The notes below the pieces were generated by a model. The model was not told the origin of the DNA and did not search any database. It saw only the letters and a list, made by a program, of their open reading frames with translations. This document shows, piece by piece, positions 56,458 to 64,000 of a stretch of DNA of 64,000 bases. Source of the stretch: an uncultured Planctomycetaceae bacterium (GTDB lineage Bacteria > Planctomycetota > Planctomycetia > Planctomycetales > Planctomycetaceae); the NCBI GenBank assembly GCA_963813715.1, contig CAWFAK010000005.1, forward strand, positions 480,001-544,000. The letters run 5' to 3'. Position numbers and translations under genes: made by a program. Positions within the stretch are counted from its first letter, which is position 1. Each line of letters starts with the position of its first letter.

Positions 56458-58478
56458 ATGCGGCGACGAACGATCGAGATTTTTCTCGCAGCGTGCGGAG
56501 CCCTGACCGTTTGGCTGGCGGTCCCGCCGCACCATAGGGCCGAGCCCAGCCACCAAACCAGTGAGGTCAAGCGGGTGGCCGACGCGCTCGATCGGCACCT
56601 GTTCGAGACGATCATTCCGCTGCAGGAAGTGACCGACTTCGTTTGGAGCCATTGTCCGCCGATGCCCGAGGTCCGCTCGGTCGCCGAGTGGGAGCGGTAT
56701 GCCGCGCGAGCCCGCAGCCAGGCGCTCGAGCGGGCCGTCTTTCGCGGCGAGGCAGCCCGCTGGCGCGTCTGCCGACGCGGCCCGTCTGGGGCGAGACGAT
56801 TGCCGGCGGCCCCGGCTACACAATCAAGAAGCTGCGTTACGAAGCGGTCCCCGGCCTGTGGATCCCCGCGCTCCTGTACGAGCCGACGGTCTTCAAGGAA
56901 CAAAAAGTCCCGGTGTCGTTGGCGGTCAACGGACACGAACCCCTCGGCAAGTTTGTCGACTACAAACAGCTCCGCTGCATCAACCAGGCCAAGCGGGGCA
57001 TGATCGTCCTCAACATGGAATACCTGGGGATGGGCGAACTGAAGATCCCCGACTTCGACCACGGACGGATGAACCAGATCGATCTGTGCGGCACGAGCGG
57101 GGTGTCGACTTTCTATCTGGCGATGTCCCGCGGTCTCGACATCTTGCTCGCACACGAACATGCCGACCCGTCGCGCGTCGCCGTGCAGGGGCTGTCCGGC
57201 GGCGGCTGGCAGACAATCACGATCAGCGCGTTCGACACGCGGGTCACGCTCACGAATCCGGTGGCCGGCTATTCGGCGCTCACGACGCGCGTGCATTACG
57301 GGCCCGACCTGGGCGACTCGGAGCAAAATGCGGTCGATCTGGCCGCCGTCGTCGACTACACGCAGATGACGGCCCTACTCGCGCCGCGGGCCGCACTGTT
57401 GACCTTCAACTTCAAGGACAACTGCTGCTTCAAGGCCGATCACGCGCTGCCCCCGCTGCTCGGAGCGGCCGAGCCGATTTATCAGCTCTATGGCAAGCCC
57501 GAGCGACTGCGCACGCACGTCAATCACGATCCCGGCAATCACAACTACGGGCTCGACAACCGGCAACAGTTCTACCGCCTGCTGAAAGATTTCTTCTTCG
57601 CGGACCGGACGGACATCGACGCCACCGAGATTCCGTCCGAAAAGGAACTGAAAACGCCCGACCAGCTGAAGGTCGGGCTGCCGGCTGACAACTTGAATTT
57701 CAACTCGCTCGCGCGAAAGCTGGCGGCCGGACTTCCACGCGATGCGGCAGTCCCCACACAGCCGGCCGAACTCGCCCGCTGGCAGGAGCGCAAGCGGGCT
57801 CTACTCCGCGAAACAGTTCACGCGCACGACTGGGACCTGGCGGCCGCGGCGGTTGACGCGGAACGAATCGGCCCGTGGAGCGAGACCGGTTACTGGCTGC
57901 GGATCGGCGGCTTGTGGACCGTGCCGGCCGTCGAACTCGCGCCGGAAAAGCCGCGGGGAACCGCCATTGTGCTAGCCGACGGCGGGCGTGTGAAAGCCGC
58001 CGACGAGGTGACCGGACTGCTCAAAGAGGGACAGCGGGTGCTGGCGGTCGACCTGTTTTCTTTCGGCGAGTCGAAGATTCGGCTGCACCCCGATTTGTAC
58101 GCGATTGCCGTCTCAAGCATCGGCGAGCGGCCGCTGGGGATCGAAGCCAGCCAACTGGCGGCCGTCGCGCGGTGGTTGCACAAGAAGTACGGGGCGCCGC
58201 TCCGCGTAGTCTCAGTGGGGCCGCGGAGCAGTCTGATCGCGACGGTGGCCGCCGCCCTCGATGCGGCGCCAATCGATAGGGCGGCGATCGACGAGCTGAA
58301 TTTGCATTCGCCGCTCAAGAGTCTGAAAGACGTGATCGACAACAATATGAAGATCGATCAGGCCCCCGAGCTGTTTTGCTTCGGGCTACTTGAGCGATTC
58401 GATTTGCCGCAGCTTTACGCGCTGGTGGCCCCGCGCCCGATCCGCGGGGAGAGCACGCCGGTCTCTGCCGGCCGCTAG
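56458..58478 (+). CDS. Secreted alpha/beta hydrolase (acetyl-xylan-esterase-like; frameshift ~56770)
   Basis: VNGH, nucleophile motif GLSGGG, APRAAL, HNY. Confidence 0.8.
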
Positions 58479-58730
58479 GCAGACTCTGGCTGCAACAATC
58501 GATATTGGAACTACTGGCTCAATCGTCTCCAGCGCAAGGTTCAATCAGTTTCGACCCTCGCCGCGCACCACTCACCCGGCGGTCGCACACCTTGTGAGGT
58601 CACAGGGGATGTGCCATACTTTGAGCCGGGCTTGGCTCCAAGGCGGCAGCGAGCGGACTCTCTTCGCGTCAAGCCATTGTCCCACCTGAACTTACGCATC
58701 TAAACTTACGGAGTCGGGCCGATCCCTGCG

Positions 58731-59978
58731 ATGAAGTTGCAGACCATCGAAACTCGGACGCTCCCCAATGGTCTGACGCTGATCATCGAACCGATGGAGG
58801 ACGTGCAGTCGGCCTCCGTCTCGTTTCTCGTGCCGGCCGGCAGCGTCTACGATCCCGCCGGTCAAAATGGCTCGGCTTCGGTGCTCTGCGAACTGATCCC
58901 CCGCGGCGCCGGCGATCGCGACAGCAAGCAGCTCTCGGCCGCCCTCGACAACCTGGGCGTGCAGCACAGCGAGAGCGTGGGCACCATCCACCTCACGTTC
59001 ACCGGCGCGACGCTGGCCGAGAACCTGCCGCAGGCGCTGCAGCTGTACGCCGACCTCATCTTGCGCCCGTGGCTGCCCGAGGACCAATTCGAGGCGTCTC
59101 GCGCGGGGGTCGAGCAGTCGCTGATGGCGATCGAAGACGAGCCGCGGCAGAAGATCATGGTCGAGCTGCGTCGGCACGCGTTCGACGCGCCGTGGGGCCT
59201 GCCATCGGAAGGGTCGCTCGCCGATTTGCCCGCACTCTCGCCGGAGTCGATCGCCGCTCACTACCGCCGCTGCTTCCGCCCCGACGAATCGATCTTCGGC
59301 ATCGCGGGGAACGTCAACATCGACGAAGTCTCGGACCTGATCGGCGATCTGTTCGGCAACTGGAAGCCGCTCCCGGCTCCGACCTTTGAGACCGCGCCGG
59401 CCGGAGCGAAGCGGCATCACATTTCGCACGACTCGACGCAGACACACATCGGCATCGCCTACGACTCGGTCCCTTATCGCGATCCGGAGTATTACGCGGC
59501 GTGGGCGGCCGTCAGCGTGCTTTCCGGCGGGATGAGCTCGCGGCTCTTCACCGAGGTCCGCGAGCGGCGGGGGCTCTGCTACTCGGTGCACGCCAGCCTT
59601 GCCAGCCTGCGCGAGGAGGCCCGCGTCCTCTGCTACGCCGGCACCACGGCCGAACGCGCGCAGGAAACGCTCGACGTCACGGTGAGCGAACTTAAGAAAC
59701 TCGGCAAGGGAATCGGCGAGGACGAGCTGGCCCGGTGCAAGGCGCGAGCAAAGAGCGCGCTCGTCATGCAGCAGGAATCGACGGTCGCCCGCTCGTCGTC
59801 GATCGCCCGCGACTGGTATCACTTGAACCGCGTGACGACGCTGGCCGAGGTCCGCGAAAAGATCGACGCCCTCTCGGTCCGCGACGTGCTCGACTGTGTC
59901 CACGCGCATCCGGCCGATGATTTCACGATTCTCACGATCGGGCCCAAGGCACTGGAGGATCCGCGTGAAGTTTCATGA
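58731..59978 (+). CDS. M16 peptidase family subunit lacking HxxEH
   Basis: [29 protein letters not shown] in place of HxxEH. Confidence 0.9.
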   Translation: MKLQTIETRTLPNGLTLIIEPMEDVQSASVSFLVPAGSVYDPAGQNGSASVLCELIPRGAGDRDSKQLSAALDNLGVQHSESVGTIHLTFTGATLAENLPQALQLYADLILRPWLPEDQFEASRAGVEQSLMAIEDEPRQKIMVELRRHAFDAPWGLPSEGSLADLPALSPESIAAHYRRCFRPDESIFGIAGNVNIDEVSDLIGDLFGNWKPLPAPTFETAPAGAKRHHISHDSTQTHIGIAYDSVPYRDPEYYAAWAAVSVLSGGMSSRLFTEVRERRGLCYSVHASLASLREEARVLCYAGTTAERAQETLDVTVSELKKLGKGIGEDELARCKARAKSALVMQQESTVARSSSIARDWYHLNRVTTLAEVREKIDALSVRDVLDCVHAHPADDFTILTIGPKALEDPREVS

Positions 59979-61192
59979 GGCCACCCTCGACAACGGCCTG
60001 ACCGTCATCGCCGAGTTGAATCCCAGCGTCCACTCGGTGGCGGCCGGATTCTTCGTGCGGACCGGGGCCCGCGACGAGTCGATGGACGTCAACGGCGTCA
60101 GCCACTTTCTCGAGCACATGGCCTTCAAAGGGAACGAAAAGCATTCGGCCGACGACGTCAACCGCATCTTCGACGAGCTCGGCGCCCGCTACAACGCGTC
60201 GACCAGTGAAGAAGTCACGCTGTTCTACGCGGCCGTGCTGCCCGAGTATCTGGCCGATGCGTTCGAGGTCCTCTCCGGCCTGATGCGCCCGTCGCTCCGC
60301 GACGCGGATTTCGAGGTCGAGCGGAAAGTGATCCTCGAAGAAATCGGCATGTACGAGGACCAGCCCTCGTTCATCGCTTACGAAAACGCGATGAAGACGC
60401 ATTTCGACGGGCATCCGCTGGGACAGAGCATCCTGGGCTCGTCCGACAGCATTTCCCATCTCAAGCGCGACGAGATGGCCGACTACCACCGCGAGCATTA
60501 CCGCGCGGGCAACATCACGGTCGCCGTCGCCGGCAACACCGATTGGAACGACGTGCTGCGGTTGGCCAACCAGTGGTGCGGAAAATGGGAGGCCGGCAGC
60601 ACGCCGCGAAAAACGGACGAAGCCCGCGCCAAAGGTGGAAAGACGCTGACGACCAAGGAAGCGTTCACGCAGCAGCACGTGATGCAGATGTCACCCGCTC
60701 CCTCGGCCACAAGCCCTCTGCGGATGGCCGCCGAGCTGATGTCGGTGGTTGTGGGCGACGACTCGGGCAGCCGGCTCTATTGGGACCTGGTCGACACGGG
60801 CCTCGCCGAGTCGGCCGATCTCTCCTACAACGAGTACGACGGCACGGGCGCGTACCTCACCTACGTCTGCTCGACCCCCGAATCCGCCGGCGACAATTTA
60901 GCAACGCGTCCACGACATCTACGCCGACGTCAACGCCAAGGGCGTCACCGAAGAGGAACTGGAGCAGGCCCGCAACAAGGCCGCCTCGCGAATCGTGCTC
61001 CGCAGCGAGCGACCCATGGGCCGCTTGTCATCGCTGGGCTCCAATTGGGTCTACCGGAACGAATACCGCTCCGTGCAGGACGACCTCACCGCCTACCGCG
61101 CCATCACCACCGACGACGTCAAAGCGGTCCTCAAAAAGTACCCGCTGGGCCAACTCTCGACCGCCACGGTCGGACCGCTCAAGTCGCTGTAA
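59965..61192 (+). CDS. M16 zinc peptidase catalytic subunit (frameshift ~60908)
   Basis: [26 protein letters not shown]-terminus in ORF ending at 61192. Confidence 0.9.
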
Positions 61193-61302
61193 CAGCGATC
61201 GTCTTCGTAGCCTTCGTAGGGTAGGCCCAGACCCGCCAACTTCTCCGGCACCAATCTTCTCTTTGGCGACTTGGCGTCCGCGCAAATCCCGGCCCGCCCT
61301 GT

Positions 61303-61737
61303 TTAGTGATCCAACACGCCGGCGAGCGAACTGAGGATGCCGCCCCAACCCTCGGTGGTGCGGTCGAGCCACTCGGGCAGCACGCCTTCGTGGGTCAGCG
61401 TCAGCTCGCATCCCTTCGACAGGGCTTTGAAGTCGAGGCTCACACGGGTCGCTTCTGTGGAGAATTTGGGCACTGCGAATGTGAAGACCAGGCGACGCGG
61501 GCGATCGAGTTCCAGATAAGTTCCGACGTGCTCGATGTCGTCGTTGCCTTCCCGCCGCGTGATGACGAACGATCCGCCGACCCGGGCGTCGATCTCCACG
61601 CGGACGATCTGACCCGTCGGAGTGGCGAACAGCCAGGTTCCCGCTTTTTGGGGATCGAGCCAGGCGTCGAAGACGCGCTCGATCGAGGCGTCGAAGCGGC
61701 GGGTCACACGCGCAGTGCGGTCGGGATCGAAGGTCAT
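61303..61737 (-). CDS. SRPBCC/AHSA1-domain protein
   Basis: RRFDASIERVFDAWLDP, DARVGG, PRRLVFTF, EGW. ATGA overlap with the ArsR gene. Confidence 0.9.
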   Translation of the reverse strand: MTFDPDRTARVTRRFDASIERVFDAWLDPQKAGTWLFATPTGQIVRVEIDARVGGSFVITRREGNDDIEHVGTYLELDRPRRLVFTFAVPKFSTEATRVSLDFKALSKGCELTLTHEGVLPEWLDRTTEGWGGILSSLAGVLDH

Positions 61738-62162
61738 CGCGAGGCTCCTCTCTTGGATGGGCGGGTGGGTTGCGGGGAGCGCTTCCGATCGGGCTTCCGC
61801 GCGGCGGCAGCGTCCTCGGCCTTGAGCAAGTCGTCGAGCGCATCGAGCTGGGCAGACCAGAAGGCGCGGGTCTTCTCGACCCAGGCCCCAATCTCCTCGA
61901 GCGGCGCCGGGTTGAACGAGACAAGATGCTCGCGCCAAACCCGCCGGCGGCGGACGAGTCGGGCCCGCTCCAGCACGCGAATGTGCTTGGAGACCGCCGG
62001 CAGCGACATGGCAAACGGTTCCGCCAGTTCTGTGACGCGCGTCTCCCGCCGCATCACCCGCTCGAGAATCGCCCGCCGTGCGGGGTGCGCGAGCGCCGAC
62101 ATGGCGAGATCTAGGGCTGTGTTCCCGGAGCCACGGCCCGGCGACTGATCATTTAACTTCAT
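61734..62162 (-). CDS. ArsR/SmtB-family transcriptional regulator
   Basis: ALAHPARRAIL, VTELAEPFAMSLPAVSKHIRVLERARLV. Confidence 0.93.
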   Translation of the reverse strand: MKLNDQSPGRGSGNTALDLAMSALAHPARRAILERVMRRETRVTELAEPFAMSLPAVSKHIRVLERARLVRRRRVWREHLVSFNPAPLEEIGAWVEKTRAFWSAQLDALDDLLKAEDAAAARKPDRKRSPQPTRPSKRGASR

Positions 62163-62172
62163 GGTTTAATGA
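62149..62172. promoter_or_regulatory. Putative ArsR autoregulatory operator
   Basis: TCATTTAAC-N6-GTTTAATGA (8 of 9 palindromic) overlapping the start codon. Confidence 0.6.
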
Positions 62173-62308
62173 TACGCGGCGCGTGAGACTTCGTCAAGCG
62201 TGGCGCCGAACCCAAGGGCAGGCTCCGCGAGAGCCAAAGTCGCCTAGCCTTGCTGCCGCAAAACTGCAAAGATTCCCGCCCTAAAACCGTCCGCATGCGG
62301 AGCGAACC

Positions 62309-63223
62309 ATGGCCCGGATCACGCTGAATAATTATCGGACCGGAACGGCCGCGAGCGACGAGCAGTGCCGCGCGCTCGAGTGCGGCGACATCCTCTACTT
62401 TCCTCAGATTCCGTTCGCCTTTCCGATCGAGGATCAACAATTCCTGCTCGGACAGAAGCAAACCGCGGGCAGCCTGCACAAAAATGTGAGCTACCGTCCC
62501 GTGCAAGATCGCCTCACGGGCATCGATCAGCGCGACGAAGCGCAGCGGAATCGAGTACACGCGGTGATGCAGGCCTTCTCAAAGCAGGCAGTCTCCTTCC
62601 TGGCAGCCTTCTTTCCGTCGTACGCCACGTCGTGGAAGGTCGACTTCGCCAGCTACCGGCCGCTCGAGGAACAGGGGCGCGACGTTTCGCAGCGCTCGCG
62701 CAACGATTTGATTCACGTCGACAATTTTCCGTCGCGGCCGTCGAACGGCGACCGATTGCTCCGCGTGTTCGCCAACATCAATCCGGAACGTCCTCGCGTG
62801 TGGGTCACCAGCGACGCTTTCGAGGCCCTGGCCCGCCGCTATGCCAAGGAGGCCGGACTCCCTGTGCAGCCCGGCGTGATCGACCGCCTCCGCGGCGTCG
62901 CCATCGATGCGCTGGCCCGTGCGGGGCTGCCCGTCGTCAATCGCCCGCCGTACGACCGCTTCATGCTGCGATTCCACCACTTCCTCAAAGAGAACGCGGA
63001 GTTTCAGCGGCTCTGCCGCAAGGACCGCTGGGAGTTTCCGTCGGGATCGTCGTGGATCGTCTTTACCGACACCACGAGTCACGCCTGCATCAGCGGGCAA
63101 TACGCGCTCGAGCAGACGGTGATTGTCCGACATGAGAGCCTGGTTTATCCGGAGAAGGCGCCGATCACCGTGCTGGGCGAACTGGCGGGTTTTCCGCTAC
63201 GGGCACACGCGAAAGCGGCGTGA
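62309..63223 (+). CDS. kdoO: Kdo hydroxylase family protein
   Basis: LECGDILYFP, KNVSY, NDLIHVDNFPSRP, LRVFANINP, YDRFMLRFHHFLK, FTDTTSHA, GQYALEQT. Confidence 0.85.
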   Translation: MARITLNNYRTGTAASDEQCRALECGDILYFPQIPFAFPIEDQQFLLGQKQTAGSLHKNVSYRPVQDRLTGIDQRDEAQRNRVHAVMQAFSKQAVSFLAAFFPSYATSWKVDFASYRPLEEQGRDVSQRSRNDLIHVDNFPSRPSNGDRLLRVFANINPERPRVWVTSDAFEALARRYAKEAGLPVQPGVIDRLRGVAIDALARAGLPVVNRPPYDRFMLRFHHFLKENAEFQRLCRKDRWEFPSGSSWIVFTDTTSHACISGQYALEQTVIVRHESLVYPEKAPITVLGELAGFPLRAHAKAA

Positions 63224-63233
63224 GGGTGAGCTC

Positions 63234-63321
63234 GAATAACGAAAGAATGACCAAATGTTCAAATGACCGAGGGAGGAACCGAGCCGTCTTTACTTAGTGC
63301 TTCGTGCTTCTTTCGTCATTC
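63234..63321. repeat. Long inverted repeat between convergent genes
   Basis: GAATAACGAAAGAA (63234-63247) versus TTCTTTCGTCATTC (63308-63321), 13 of 14 complementary. Confidence 0.6.
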
Positions 63322-63326
63322 GTGCG

Positions 63327-63699
63327 TCACCCTGGCAGCGGTTCGACCCGCACCCCGAGCGGAAACGTCACGGGTTTCATCGCGTAGGTGTCGGGGCCGA
63401 AGCCTTTGATCTGATCTCGCTTGAGCTCCGCCAGCTCGAGCGCGCCGCTCCACACAAGTGCCTGGCCGGCGTGATGCACCTGCGACGTGAGAAGGAAAGC
63501 CTTCTGCAGGTCGTAGCCAAAGACCTTCTGCAAGACTTCGATCACGTACTCGAAGGTGTGGAGGTCATCGTTCTCGACGATGACGGCATAAGGCGGCTGC
63601 TTCTTCGGGCGAGTCTTCTCACGCTCGGTCTGGCGTTTTTTGAGTCTCGGGCTGTGGAGGCTCGAGGACGACTGTTCCGTCAGAATCCGGTTCGGTCAT
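63327..63699 (-). CDS. clpS: Clp protease adaptor ClpS (frameshift in A6 run ~63638)
   Basis: PPYAVIVENDDLHTFEYVIEVLQKVF...VHHAGQA, FPLGVRVEP. Confidence 0.88.
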
Positions 63700-63794
63700 C
63701 GTGCTCTCCGTCTCATTGGAGCGAGAGGCGATCGGTCCGCTGGGCGGACAGCTCGCCACATCAAATCGTACCAGGGCCCGGTTATGCAGCCAGA

Positions 63795-63899
63795 TCAATT
63801 TGGTTCGTAGCCCAGGTTGGGCCCGAGCCAGCGTTCGACCTCGGCAATCGGCATGCCCTTGCGGGCGGCGTAGCTTTCGACCTGATCGCGGCCAACCCT
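63795..63899 (-). pseudogene. metH: C-terminal fragment of B12-dependent methionine synthase
   Basis: [34 protein letters not shown]; the upstream in-frame sequence is not MetH-like. Confidence 0.75.
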
Positions 63900-64000
63900 T
63901 GGCTGGCTTGGCCTTTTAACGGTGCTGTCGCCGCGCGACTTGATTAGCCCTTTGGCATTTTTGGGTAGTGGGACGAACGCTTCGATTATTGAGCGGAGTC

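Noticed and set aside
58731..61192. M16 pair as a novel system
   Set aside because: An inactive plus active subunit pair is the known heterodimeric M16B arrangement.

Overview
GC-rich bacterial chromosome segment, most likely from a Planctomycetota genome (DUF1559 prepilin-like protein with lipoprotein partner, Ser/Thr kinase-TPR protein, MoxR/ABC operon). It carries about 45 CDS, mostly housekeeping, transport and TPR genes (pgk, proB, trmB, fabZ-like, gntK, tam, fkpA, an M16 peptidase pair, clpS, kdoO-like), plus one tRNA-Met(CAT). About 18 frameshifts in 13 otherwise intact genes point to long-read indel errors rather than real pseudogenes. The most notable part is ~35.2-41.0 kb. It holds a visibly lower-GC, defence-like cassette (HEPN RNase + DUF262 divergent from a C5 DNA methyltransferase + Vsr, with no classical restriction endonuclease). 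The cassette is bracketed by an exact 18-bp direct repeat, abuts a 5' fragment of a tRNA-Leu gene, and lies next to a non-coding GTCCC-rich repeat tract. Other oddities are an internally deleted mini-fabF, an orphan MetH C-terminal tail, a tRNA-Met with C33, a 24-Cys DUF1559 protein and a second HEPN pair. All calls come from motif recognition by eye; no searches were run.
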